Position numbers and translations under genes: made by a program. A DNA stretch of 48,751 bases, the filler included, from Catajapyx aquilonaris (taxonomy: Eukaryota), in the NCBI GenBank assembly GCA_000934665.2. It is 2 parts of 2 records of this genome, joined end to end, with 100 filler letters (N's around TTAATTAATTAA, not from the genome) between each part and the next. Parts side by side here need not be neighbours in the genome. Positions count along the whole stretch, not along the records: positions 24,442 to 48,751 come from JYFJ02005538.1; 1 more part is not named here. One strand, written 5' to 3'. Position 1 is the first letter of the stretch; every line of letters begins with the position of its first letter. The notes under the pieces are model-generated. The model was not told the origin of the DNA. It saw only the letters and a program-made list of their open reading frames with translations, and did not search any database. Of the stretch, positions 24,342 through 37,245 are shown piece after piece.

Positions 24342-24441
24342 NNNNNNNNNNNNNNNNNNNNNNNNNNNNNNNNNNNNNNNNNNNNTTAATTAATTAANNN
24401 NNNNNNNNNNNNNNNNNNNNNNNNNNNNNNNNNNNNNNNNN
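24342..24441. other. Assembly gap with artificial TTAATTAATTAA linker
   Basis: 44 N + TTAATTAATTAA (24386-24397, stop in all six frames) + 44 N = exactly 100 bp. Confidence 0.9.
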
Positions 24442-24535
24442 GCGTTTCCGGACACGGGTTCCTATGTCAAAAATACTTGTATTGGTCCCCTCTATTACCC
24501 CTGAAAATCTTTGCAGAGTTACAATAAACACCCTG
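24442..24535. mobile_element. Right end of a Tc1/mariner element
   Basis: Ends ...ACAATAAACACCCTG|TA, the same CAGGGTG terminus as other MITEs in the window. Confidence 0.6.
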
Positions 24536-24691
24536 TATACTGATGAGCTTGGTGAAACCAGCCCTAAAGCAGCAACCCAGAGTACTCTTTTTTAAAACTA
24601 ATTTTTGCAAAGTGAAGAAGTTTAATATGCTATTGTTTTCGATCGGTTTTTAAAATAGATTCTGGACCACTGTGTGCCAGCCCTGTTTTAA

Positions 24692-25161
24692 CCCTTAACT
24701 ACGTAGGTGGGTGAAACACCTTTAACTACGTAGGTGGAGCCTGAGAGGCTCCAACGGTATATTTAAATTTCTGCTTATCAACTAAATTGTTATATTGGAC
24801 TTTTCACATACAGAAAGGGCAGTTCAGATCATTAGGCTTCCGATAACGTAAAAATCACACGCTGAGTCTGCATATTCCGACAGGGAAAAATTCTTAATTA
24901 AAAGGTTACATCATGCTTGAGCCGCTCAGTCTTCACCTGCATAGGTAGAGCCAGTATAGAGTCCAGGAGGGACCTGTTCCTCGTTACGAATTTTTTTATA
25001 CCAAACAATAGGGACTAAAAATGTTTTCTTTCCTTTTCATGCTTAGGAAGGTTTGTCTGACAAAGTCACGGAAGGACAGGGGAAAATAAAATTCGATGAA
25101 AAAGTTACATGCGTTTAAATAGTGCTTGGAGCCTCTCAGGCTCCACCTACGTAGTTAAGGG
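24692..25161. mobile_element. piggyBac-like MITE (470 bp)
   Basis: TTAA|CCCTTAACTACGTAGGTGG ... CCACCTACGTAGTTAAGGG|TTAA with duplicated subterminal TTAACTACGTAGGTGGAGCCTGAGAGGCTCC. Confidence 0.92.
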
Positions 25162-25281
25162 TTAACACTGTTTTATACCAACATTCCACGGTATACACAT
25201 GTCATTATATGGAATTTACTTGATGAGGGGCATCTGAATATGTTGATTGATCAAGATACATAAAACATAATCACAAAATGA

Positions 25282-27928
25282 GGCTGAAGTCGGGTTTACA
25301 GCCCAGACGCCGAATCAATTAGGACACAGTACCAGCGGATTACTGACCTTTTGCATAGTGGGTTTGAGTGGGTTTTAAGTGGGGGAAGTGTCGAGGGGCC
25401 CTGGAATTAATTCCAGAAGCTCAACCAGACTGAAGGTGGGGTCGTTGTCATCACTCAGGCCGAAGCATACGTTGCCTTGGTTACGAACAAACTCGGAACG
25501 AACACTCCAACGATGCCAACTTAATGACATTGAAAATTCTGGAGGTTGGCAACAAAATAAACAAACCCTTTCGAACGTTTAATTCGGAATAGGAGAATTG
25601 AAGGGGATTGCTCACTAGATATAACCGATATTGCACTCACCTCCTCACCAGGTATGTTCCCTTTCCTTTCTTTTTATGCCCACAGAAACATAAATCCAAT
25701 TTCTACACAGAATGGCATCTGACACGCCCCTTGTCCACGCTCCCCAGAATCAATTTGAAGTTATTTGTTAAATTGTCTATGGAAAATGATGGTCTCACCC
25801 TTGTCAAGGCAGTAATGGATTGCAGGCTGATAGCAAAGGAGGGGGAGAAGAAGTGTCCTTGCGGTCACTCAATGACCCTGCACTTAGATGTCAACCACAT
25901 TGACCGGTACAAATGGCGGTGCCTGGCAAAAGTTTCAAAAGGGCACAGAAAGCCAACACTTTGCAATTATGGGTAAATATTTCCATACAGACACCATACC
26001 CTATTATTCTGATTTCTTTTACTAAAAATTATAATCATTACCTCCCACAGATACTCGATCATGCAAAATACATTTGCTTACAAGTCTCATCTGAGCTTGT
26101 TTCAGATCATTGGGTTTGCACACATATGAGTTAACAACAACACCTTGCGCGACATTTCGAATGAGCTCGAGATGAACAGTTCACCTGCATAGATTGGGCA
26201 AATTTTTGCCAGGAGGTGGTTTTCAATGATTTCGTCAACCACTCCTGCAAACTTGATGGACCAGGCATGACCGTCGCAATTGACGAATCCAAGTTCGCAA
26301 AAAGAAAATACCACCAGGGGCATTTATAGTGAAGGGGCAATGGGTATTTGGTCGCATACAGCAAGAGACAGGCCAATGTTTTCCTATAGCAGTCGACAAG
26401 AGAGATGCTGCAACTTTGGTCAGCGTAATTTAAAAATGGATACTCTCTGGAACAACCATAATCAGCGACTGTTGTGACCTGTAAGTATAGGTAGCACGTT
26501 CTGAAATAAATTACATTGAACAAAACAAAATATACTGTATATATTTGGAGGCATATTCTCAACTAGAAAGAGAGTGATTCGATCATTTAACATACTGTTA
26601 ATCACAATATCAACGTTGTCGATCCGGATACTCAAGGCACATACCAACAAAATAGGGGCCACCTGGAGGGCAGCAAAGGTCGCATTTCCGCAAAGGAGAA
26701 AAATACTGACTTTTTTGCTGTATACCTAGCAATATACTTATTCTTAAAAAGTGCCGGATCCAGTCCCTCAACCCTCACTTCTGCACAGCAGCCTCCAGGC
26801 TATACTGTAAAATCCCCTGGCCCCTCCCAACAATACCGAATCTCTGGTTTTGCCTACCACCAGCCCTCAGCAGACCGGTGATGAAGATAGAGATGACACA
26901 GACTTCCTATAAATCTTTAGATGGAGTTCGATGCATCGGTGCATCCTATTATGATAATTATGTTCCACACCTCCTCACCAGGTGTCCCCTTTCCTTCCCT
27001 TTTATACCTACAAAACCCAAAACCATATATCAGTTAGGAAATAGTACCAGCTGTTTATTGACCCTTTGTATCGTGGGTTATCTGTGGGTTTTAAATTTCG
27101 ATAGCAGGAAGTGACGCCACAGAAAGGTGAGTGACAGGACCCTGGACGGACCTCTCCTTTGTGTTGGACGTTGGTGTTAGTATGGCTTTTGGGTGACTGC
27201 ATTCGTACCTGGAGACTCCGTACTTTGACCTACTCTCCTAGGCATGTATCCACTGAAGATGGGGCTGTATCCACAAGGAAGGAAGGTTGGGTTGGGTTGG
27301 TACAGCATACTCCTTAGGATAGGGGTTGCAGCTGCTGAAGATAGGGCTGTATCCGCAGGGAAGGCATGAAGGTTAGGTTAGGTCAGGTTGGTACAGCATA
27401 CCCCTTCCCCTGCCACATGAAGCACTGAAAATATAAACACTCTTGCCCCTCCCCTGTGGGCTTCCGTACACTAACAAGGGAACTCTGTGATTGCATGGCA
27501 CCGATTGGGCCAAAAATGACGTGACTGGTCAATTGTAGGCCAGGTAAAAATCATGAGCATCACCTCTCAAGAATTTTTGAGTAATTAGCAATTTAAATTG
27601 GTGCATGATCCCTGTTCTGGATATAGGGCCCAAGCAGTAGCTACTGTACCCTACAGTATTGTATGACCCTTACAATTAAAAAAAATCCTTGTTGGCATGT
27701 GCGTTCTTGAGCTGGAGTGTTTGTTCGTAACCAAGGCAATGTACACTTCGGCCGGAGAGATGACAATGGCCCGCCTTCGGTCTGGTTCAGCTTCTGGAAT
27801 TAATTTCGGGGTCCCTAATCACTTCCCCCACTTAAAACCCACTCAAAACCACAATGCAAAATGTCAGTAATCCGTTGGTACTGTTTCCTGATTGATTTGG
27901 CGTCTGGGCTGTAAACCTGACATAAGCC
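25282..27928 (+). mobile_element. Merlin (IS1016/IS1595-like) DNA transposon, ~2.65 kb, with ~210-bp TIRs
   Basis: 25282-25494 is reverse-complementary to ~27716-27928, GGC termini; internal transposase relic. No TSD recognisable. Confidence 0.82.
25712..26800 (+). pseudogene. Merlin/ISXO2-like DDE transposase pseudogene with spliceosomal introns
   Basis: CPCGHSM..DRYKWRC; IDWANFCQEV; VAIDESKFAKRKYHQG; QWVFG; VDKRDAATL; GTTIISDC; VNH..VDPDT; HTNKIGATW. Introns 25973-26050 and ~26481-26550; stops and frameshifts. Confidence 0.85.
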
Positions 27929-28019
27929 ATGTATTGGTCTCTTTGAATTGTTTCAATTGCATGAATGTTGGTCTAAGACCTATCATTGATAGCTGCAATA
28001 TATGCAACTCTTCTTGGCC

Positions 28020-28321
28020 TACCGAAGCAGTAGTGGTGTAGTGGTATGGTGGCCGACTGCTAATCGGGAGGTCCTGGGTTCGAATCCCGGAGGCCGGCGA
28101 CCCTGACCATGGTTTTCTGTGGTTTCCCATGGTCCTTGCAGGATAATTCCGGGGTCGTTACCGTAATATAGGCCACAGCCGCCTCCTTCCTACCCTTTCC
28201 CTGCTTCATTCCGATGATGAGAAAAATAGTAAAAATGGAAGAGTTCCAGACAAAAAATTGGGAGAAATCCCCCCCTAGGAAAGCCCGTAGGCTGATAATG
28301 GGGTATCAAATTATAATTATT
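28020..28321 (+). mobile_element. tRNA-derived SINE, family 3 (302 bp)
   Basis: A box TGGTGTAGTGG, B box GGTTCGAATCC, short ATT tail; perfect 14-bp TSD AACTCTTCTTGGCC at 28006-28019 and 28322-28335. Confidence 0.93.
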
Positions 28322-28335
28322 AACTCTTCTTGGCC

Positions 28336-29821
28336 AGTGATGGAGGTATGAAACGACTGCGAAGTTGATTGTACTCTACAACTGCATTACTTTGTGCCGT
28401 GATGGACCTAAGTGTGAAGTTTGTCAAGTGCGGACTATTTAAAGTTGTAGATATTGAGAATGCATGCAACATACCTTGACCATATATGAATACAAGTATA
28501 TGACAGTACAGGCCCCAAAAGTTATAAATGCAGTTTTAAAACTCAACCAATGGCTCTTGTGAATAGTGACAGCATAGGATAGAATAATGGTAGATTGTTT
28601 TCTGAATCCAAGGACTTTCTCCACTACTTCAAATTTGGTTTTTGATGCAAGTGAGAGAGTGCGCTCATTTAGAGAAAAACTGCAGCTATGGACTGAATTC
28701 ATGAGGGTGGCAGCCTGAGTGTTTTGCACTTATGAAAGAGCTACAAGAACATCAATCTGAGCCACAAGAAGTCATGTTGCGTGATATTCGCTAGCACCTA
28801 CGATGTCTGAGCGATTCCTTCGAGAAATCTTTTCCAACACCCTGGGAGGTGACACTGAAGTAGTATGATTGGGTTTCTGAGTGGTCAATCTATTTGCGGT
28901 TGCTTCAAAATCAACCTGCCTGACATCAGCTGAATATGAAAGCATAATAGGCATTAGTCAGTCACCACTTTGAAACTAATTATATTCCCTCGCAAAATAA
29001 GACTTGTTCAAAATTTTGGTTAAGTTTAAAATACGAATTTCAACAACTGGCCGATTTTATTTTATTTTTCTTTTGCCACCACTTGTTTGTGTGAATTGGC
29101 ATTTTCTGCCCATGCAGCAAATAAAACCAAGTTTAGAAGCCCTTTCACACTGAACATGGCATTTTTTTCTGCAGCTATCCATCAAATCGGGCATCGTCAA
29201 ACTGTGCAAACCTAAATAATCTAATTCATCTAAGTTGGTGCTTTAGGCTACAGGTAATCCCTAGTCTATGAACGAGGTTACGTTCCTGAAAATGTCCATA
29301 AGTCGGATTTGTACTTAACTGAGATCTTTGAGAAACACAGCATATATACTTACAATGTAAAGATTCTGCTCCAACGAACTGGTAACATCATGTGTGTCTG
29401 TATACATGTGTGAAGAATATGGTTTCCCATTTATTTATTTATTATACAGTATTTATGTTGAACCTGGTGTCGGTCAAAGTATGCAGAAAGTGAGTAAAAG
29501 TGGAGGAATAATATTATAAATTTTGGCATTAAAATAATATGCTTTTTGTTCTGCATCTGCTGATTATGGCTAAAATTGTACAACATTGCTCAAAAAGATG
29601 GAGACGATTCTTCATTTAAACTACGTGCAAAAATCGTATCCATATTTTTGAGCAAAGTAAAAGTTACACAATACAGTAGGCCCTACATGTACATAGGCCC
29701 TACCTAAACGTACGTGGCCCTACCTAAAGCACACATTGAAAGTAAAAAATTGTCAGGGGCTCCACAGTCAAATTATTTCTAAAGAGGGGGCTTCATGTGT
29801 GAAAAAGTTTGGGAACCACTG
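28336..29821 (+). pseudogene. Decayed hAT (Charlie/SPIN-like) transposase and right TIR, with a Tigger-like insertion from ~29250
   Basis: Relics FDASERVRSFREKLQLW and FATTCLCELAFS...KTKFRS (hAT dimerisation region); terminus AAAGTTTGGGAACCACTG at ~29804-29821. Confidence 0.7.
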
Positions 29822-30347
29822 ATCTAAGTAGTTTGGTCTGGGCTTATCATATTTTACACCCATTTCATACCCATTGTTATGGAACTTGCTTCATTATCCA
29901 GGAACAGTAATTTGTTTTAACTTTAATTATTATTTTATCTAGAAACTGCAGCATACAGATTACATAACATTACAGACATCATATGTCCTATTGCATGCTA
30001 GACAAATGCAGAGTAGTTGATTATGGGAAGCAGGTTTATACCCTCCAGGTAGGACTATTGCAGGTGCACTTGGATTGTCTGATAATAATGTCAGACCACA
30101 CCTGAATGTCCTATGTTGTGCTACATATATAATCTAGTATGGAAATTAAAGGAGATTATGATAAAAGGTGGGGCCCAGAGTAGGCAACCCTCATTATAAC
30201 CGGCTAAAAGTGTGCCTGCAGGAAGATTCTCATGCAGCATGTAAAATAATACAATATGGCATTAACATATGAAACCCTGGAAAATTTGTGTTCTGTTTCT
30301 TCATCACTTATTGGGTTGTTCAACCCCAATGGCAGTTAGAGTGTGCC

Positions 30348-30398
30348 ATGAAGTTATTAAGTAATGATGTTTATGACATCATTACTTAATAACTTCAT
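30348..30398. repeat. 51-bp AT-rich hairpin
   Basis: ATGAAGTTATTAAGTAATGATGT-TTATG-ACATCATTACTTAATAACTTCAT. Confidence 0.85.
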
Positions 30399-33259
30399 TA
30401 TCTCTTATTGAGGTCATTCTAAAAAGTTGGAGAAATCAGGGAAAAGAGAGAACGATTTGATCGGCCAGAGAAGTGAGTATTGCGTAGCAAAGGCTGAGTG
30501 GCCCGTGGCATGATTAATAATAGTGAGCCAATTTCAAGGTTACACACTGGATGGAAATAGCATAATAATTAAAGACTGACCTGCATTACTAATAGTGTAT
30601 CATTTGCATCATCAAAAATAACAGCGCAATAAGCGGTGACTAAGATATCTTCTTCATTACAGGGGTGTGAGATTTCCTGTTTCCTTTTTTTTCTCGATGC
30701 CAAACTTACAGCCCTTAGAGAATTTATGAAAATTGGTTACCTTTATGGCAAGAAATGTATTTGATGCTTGTAACAGATGGTAATAGTTGAAATTGAATAC
30801 TTCATTGTGATGGTCTAGCTGTTCGCCTGTTACCAAACTGGCCATGCAATAGTGAAATTACCTTCACTGCCCAATGCAACAGAAAGTGAAGGTAAGTACA
30901 CTCAAGTATAATCACAACTTCATGGAAAAGGTGAACCTCTGGTTAAGAGCAAGCTCATGAGATCTTACAGTCAGCAAGTAGGCCTACTTCTATGAAGCTG
31001 CAATAAAGTCTGCAGAGTATAATATTTTTTCCTCTCACGAGTCAGTGAAACGTCATCGCACACAGTCTACTGTGAACTGAACCACTGACAGACGTAGAAG
31101 ATTCTCATCCCTGTAAGTGTTTCTTGGTATGCGATTGTCTGGTCCATCATCACTACCTGGTCACTCGATTTCGCATATAGCCACAAACCCATTTGTTACA
31201 CAAATGCATTATCAGTGGATAGTACTTCCATTTTTATTATCCAAATCTGTACTTGCATCAAGAGTCTACCTATTGGTCGAAACAATAAAATAAGAAAACA
31301 GTGGCATTTTTCAGTCTTATGGCCCTTGGGAACGTCCATTAAGAACGTCACGCTGGTATGGGGAGGGAACGTGTGACGGACCGTGACGTGGGGCAGGGAG
31401 AGGAGTTCCGCCTAGCCTGACTCCGCACTAAAATGTCATAATTGTGTCATAAATTATTTATGGATTACTTCATTGAATATGTTGATGTCTCATATACCAC
31501 CAAAGCTGGTAATGTCGGTAAGTCATATTCACTAACAGGTAGTTACTCCATTTTCTAAAGGAAACTAGAGCAGCGCTTCATTCCGAGGGCTTTGCTTCTT
31601 CTTCGCAAGGTTGACATTCATGAAGAATATAGACGTGAATATATAAAAACGAGTAATTTTAGAAACATGACCTTGGAAAGAGAATGTGACTCTGGGTCCT
31701 TCCAATCTAGAGTGCCTCCCAAATTAGTAGGCTATTAATTTTGACATTAACAAAGTGGGTTTGTGTGCTTATTGACCTAGTTTACAAATTGCTTATCTCA
31801 TCAATACTCGCATAGAGATCATTCATACAATCGTGAAAGGCATTCGGTCCTGGAGTTCAATTTAAATATGTTCAGGGGTTTTTTCCCATGTTTTAAAAAT
31901 CTGCAACTGCAGATTAGTTGGACAATACGAAATACGCGCTCCAGATTGGCTTACAGCATCATTGTGTATCACTGTATATTTGTAATGCGACGGATGTTAT
32001 AGTTTGTGTTCAAAGTGTAAGGCTGCTATCACTTATCAACTAACCACTATCAGCAAAGCAAAGTGTAGTCGTAGTAAAGGAAGGCTATCAACATTTCGGG
32101 GACAAACTCCGTCAATGAAATATCCGACATAACCATGGTTCAATGCGCGAAATAAACGCGCCCTTTATTTTTTTATGCAATATTGTTATTAGAGCAGACG
32201 TAGTTTACTCGTGGTTATGAATCATCCACGATGATTGATTACATAAATGAAGTGTTGTGGATTCAGAACAGGGAAATAGGAAGGGAGAGTATTGTGACGA
32301 GACGTGATAAATGCACTGTACTTTGCGTGCGTAATGCATTTATGGTGCACTGTACCATTATACTTGTTTCTGGGAAGCTGCAGATTTCCGCATAGTAACA
32401 TGTTACAAGTGAATGAAGACGGGGTAAAAATGAAAGGGCGTCATATCAGGTCATATGACGTCAAATTTTTTTATCTGGGATTCTCAGACTAATAGGCCGA
32501 CTGTACAGTAAAACACACACGTAATTGTTATACCACGTTCCACTCACACAGCCCGTAAGGAGCAATTGGACGTAGGATTTGCGTGCACACCACCTACAAG
32601 TAGTTCATTATATTTCGCAAACTCTTGGCAAACTCTGATTCCAGGAGGGTGCGATTAAGACCTTGGCCTTGCACTTTACGAAAGTCTTCGGAATAAGTGG
32701 AGATAAATGTGACAGCCTGTCAAGATACTTCTTAAATTAACACTTGATTAACCACCACTATAATAGGCAACTCTAAAAATGACAATCACATGAGCCTGAT
32801 AAGAAAAAAAAAGTGCAATTCCGCATATAAACCTCACTATACGCCAAACTGAAGCTTCTGCGCAAATATCCGCATTTGGCATAAATGTAAAAAACGGACA
32901 ATATTTTACAGCATCGATTTTAATTATTTTATTCCACATCCCCCCTACCTGCAAATGAAAACCTGAAGTGCAGAACGGTCAATGTCGCTGTGTAAAATAG
33001 TCGTCGACGATATATCAATGACGGTTTCCTAGAAAAATATTTGAAGCCCCTAAGACACAATGCAATTTTGAAATCACCATACAAAAATGCTCATAAAGGT
33101 TAAAGGTTGGATGGGTGGAGGTGTCGAACAAGTGAAGAAAAGCAGGCTAGCTGGCGAGAGAGCTAGGATTTCAGAAGAATGAAAGCAGCAAGGTCATGAT
33201 CCCAGCAGTTCGATGACAAAGAAGATGATGATGACAGCTGTGTATACGCAGCAGTGGGC

Positions 33260-33501
33260 ATCCAGTGTGAGTGAGGTTGTGGGGGGGTGGCAGCAGCATT
33301 GTGGGAGCTAGCTAGACCTTTCTTTCCCGAGGCGTATAAAGATGAGGGCCAGCACAAGAAAGGCTTCAGTGCCTCTTCCGCCTCCAGCAAGCTCAGAAGC
33401 AAGCCATGCGGTTCCTTCTTGCGGCCATTATTACCACCACCAGTCTTCTTGTGGTGTGTGTTCATTCCAATCCCATCTACAACACGATTTTGGATCCACC
33501 G
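33260..33501 (+). promoter_or_regulatory. Candidate non-coding first exon of the integrin gene
   Basis: Repeat-free, GC-richer island ending in a strong donor CCG|GTAAGT at 33501/33502; the ATG exon has an acceptor only 10 nt before the ATG, so an upstream exon is expected. Start uncertain. Confidence 0.35.
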
Positions 33502-36500
33502 GTAAGTTCTTCTCCTTTTTTAAAAAGAAAAAAAAACTGGAATTTTTGTGGCTTGACTTGCTCGTTTTGTGGGGATGGATCCAGCAAATGAGGCAGAAAT
33601 TGCTAGATTGGCCTTCAGAAGGGGAGAAAACCCGAGCAATGACGTCTTCACGACTTGTCAGATTCGGAAGAAGAATTGTCTGTTGTTTTTTTTAAGTACC
33701 CACATAAACTGACCTAAGTTGTGTTTTAGAAAGTGGGATGTGGTACAGTGAAAATTATCTGCTGTTTTCGCGCTGGACTTGTGCCTAAGTTTCGATATGG
33801 CAATAAGTGTGACCCCCCTTGGCCGTGACCTCAAACCAGAAGATAAGATTTGTACGAATTTGGCAATGGGATCCTTGACCCCACTAAATTATGAAAACAT
33901 TGGTTTCGATATCTTTATTGCTATTGGACATTATTTTGTCCCTGGATATGACTTACATATAGTTGTGACTAGAAGAAACAGAGCGTATCAAGCCAATGGA
34001 AAGGGTGGTGGAAGATGAGGGTGGAAAATCATCAGAGCGTGAATCGAACTCAATTAACTAATGCTAATAATAACCATTTTTAGTTACCGTACATAAAAAA
34101 ATACATTCCCTCAATCCACGTGGAACATGCAATGGATCACGTATCTGACGTCATCCCGTCCTCATTCTTTATTGTGTAGCTACTGCACCACCGCCTTTCC
34201 TTCACCTGTTCATGAGGACCTGTATGTAGTAGGCAGGTGGTATGCCATACACATGTGATGAGAAGTGGCATTCAATTTGAAAGTTCTGTCAGTATGTAAC
34301 GAGGATGTTTATGTCAAGGAGGATTGTTTCAAAGTCTTTAGAACACTATTTTTAGATCCGCAATTGTGTACCGCTCGTTACTTGTAATATGTGGTCGGAA
34401 TTATTGCACTGATGATAATTTCACACACAAAAAAACTGAAATGAAAATTTACCATCAATATCGAGCATATTGGTTGAAAATTGCTGAAAAATGCGAGACT
34501 CAATTTCCAGAAGGTTGAGTGAAAAGTAGCGTAATAATTAATAATAACAATTTGAGTAGGCTGGTTTGATCAAGATTAGGTGCCAGATTCAAGGGGCTTG
34601 TTCATGTGAGTCAAGAAGTGTGAGAGAGCACAAAAACGTTAATTGGTGCTCGTTTTTCACGGAGGAACCGACCCATGCCAGATTGATTCTGAGAGGAAAA
34701 AACCGCGATAAAGTCAAACCCACTCGGGGAACAAATTATACGTATTTTCAGTCCAATTTAATAGTGGAGTTGAGCAGTGACTATCGGGCTAATTGCATAT
34801 TTTATCATGTTTGCATGACCCATTTAAATGTGTTGGAGAGGCTGTATATCTAAGTTTTTTTTCTCCGCATAAGCGTGCTCTTTTTTTTTGCAAAGTACCG
34901 CTGTAGGTTGCTGACTCATCGTATAAAATTTGCTTAAAGGAATTGCAAAAAACTGGTAGAAAATTGTGCAGGTGACTTTCCGAGAAATGAGGGATGTGGA
35001 CCATAATGGCGGTTATAATTAGTCTTCATGTCAGTGTCATTAACTAATGACCATTTTTGCTAATTTCTCAGAGACCAATGAGGCGATCCCTGGATGATAA
35101 CACGGTTGAAAACGGATCTCCCAAAAAGATATGTGTGAATAACACACCCTGTGGATGGGAAGTGTACATCCCTTTCACGCGCCAGTTCGACTTCTTCATG
35201 GACAACACGTGAGTTTCTCACCGGTTGTACACCCGTGTAATGGGTCTAATTACCTATGTTTTTTTTTTCTAGATGTTCATGTGCGAAGGGTACGGAGTGT
35301 GTGTCAACTACTGACAACTTGTCCGTGAATGCGTACGTGTATCGTTGCCGCCCGGTTTCACCTTCCTCAAAGACAGGCAAAGGTGACTAACGTGTGGTGA
35401 AATGGCAAACTTGCACGTGTTACTTCACAGATAATTTATTACCTCACATTATATTACATAAATGTATTACGTATTGGTGGATCCAGTTGCTTGACAGCTT
35501 GTCAAGTTCTCCTTTGCAGTTTATAGTCTTAGGAAGTAGGAAGAAGTCACCTGTACACACATGTTTTAGCTTTGATACTGTTTTTAGTGATTTATGTTCG
35601 AACTCAGGTACTAATATTGTCATTGTAATACTATAGTCACGTAATGACAGCAGGGAAATGTGTAATACGAATTGTCCAGTGTTGTAAATATACTTTTGTT
35701 GTTGTTACTGTCATATTTCTACGTGTATCCGATTGATACTATAAGATTATAACTATATGAACATATTGGACATGTTTCTTTTGATCTTTTCTGTCATTTA
35801 ACACCCTGAACTGAACGTGGCCGAAGCTTTTTTTCAGACTCCTTTGGATGCAAGGTATTCATTTATATTTCTCTTTCAGGCCAACCTTTTACATCCTATA
35901 TTTAGCATAGGCGTACAACATAACAAGGCATACATAGTGGACGCACGTAAAACCATTCTACGTCGAATATTTTTCCATCTGATGGCAGTATTGCATTCAT
36001 TAAGTTGTTTAATTGGTTGCAATTAGAGTAGCATTTCAACACTTCACTTCATGATTTGGACGTGAGAACCTTTCTGGCAATTATAAATACCTATGATTTA
36101 GATACACTCCGGGGGCAAACAGGCGGCCTTCTGGGCATTCAGTTGAAACTATTTTGAGTGGCAGAACCTGCATGTGGGATGGGAAGACTTCTGTCAGCGA
36201 TCCTCAAGGGTACATATCAACCTTTGCCGTGTAATAAGTGTCTGTTTCCGGCCTGACTACAAGGAGGAGGTCAGTTTCGGAAGCATTACACGATCTCCTT
36301 AAGTTTGTGCTGCTGATTACCTAAACCGTACTCGTACACTACATTTGCTTGTTACATTTCGACTTCACGATTTTGGTTTGGGTGGTTGATTGGGAGAGCC
36401 AAAGCAGCTAAGGCTATCTGGCATAGCTTTTGGGAGGATGGCAATGTTTCTGTAAGTAACATTTTGCATCTTACCTCCTTGCAAGAAATGCAGGTAAGTG

Positions 36501-37009
36501 GAAACGTGGGCTGGTCTTTGAATTTTGAAAACCTAAACCTATACCATCACGCCACTGTCTCAGGAGATGATATTTACTCTTAATAAGGTTCTTCCTTTTA
36601 GTCCAGGCTTGTGTACAACTCTCTCCACGGTGCTGACCACACGGGAAAGGCGAATTTCACATAAAGGGTGACAGTGGACCCTCCTTTGATATGTAGAACC
36701 GGGTGCTCATGGTCCAGTTATTGCAGCAACGGTCATTCTGCAGGAACAACAGATAATGAACGTTTAGAAAATCAGGTCCCAATTATAAAAGAGCGCCCGA
36801 CTACTTCGCGCAATAAATAATCGCTGCATGACAGCACCATTAAAAACGCCTCCTCTCCAAGAAATATGCTGTTTGCCCAAGTCTCCCGCCTCTATAAATC
36901 CAGTTATTATTATGAGCCGCATTTGCTGGTCCTCCAATCACATGATACTCTATACACCTATGACCGCCTATGACTATCCTGCGATGGGTTAGTCACATAT
37001 GACTACACC

Positions 37010-37245
37010 GAAACTGAAATCCGGTCGAAGTCAGACTGAAGTCCAGGTGAAGTCCGGAAAAAGTTTATGATATCCGACTGAAGTCCTTGAAGTCCAGTAG
37101 TTGCCATGATAACCCGTTGCCATGGCGACCGTTGCCCTTAGCAACGGGATTACCATAGCAACGCGGGTCCATTCTTCAATTCCCGTGCGACGAACGGTAG
37201 CTTTTGGGGGTAGCCTTCTAGTAAATTTTTATGTATGGGATTCCC
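37010..37245. repeat. Dispersed repeat with tandem GTTGCCATGGCAAC-like palindromes; relative at ~3670-3755
   Basis: Four motifs at 37100-37162 preceded by GAAGTCC repeats; similar cluster at 3693-3755. Confidence 0.55.

Noticed and set aside
24386..24397. TTAATTAATTAA island between N runs
   Set aside because: Synthetic scaffolding linker, not biological.
28025..28095. Possible tRNA-Ser(GCT) gene
   Set aside because: No proper acceptor stem or long variable arm; it is the head of a TSD-flanked SINE. The same applies to the heads at ~11610, ~13840 and ~19561.
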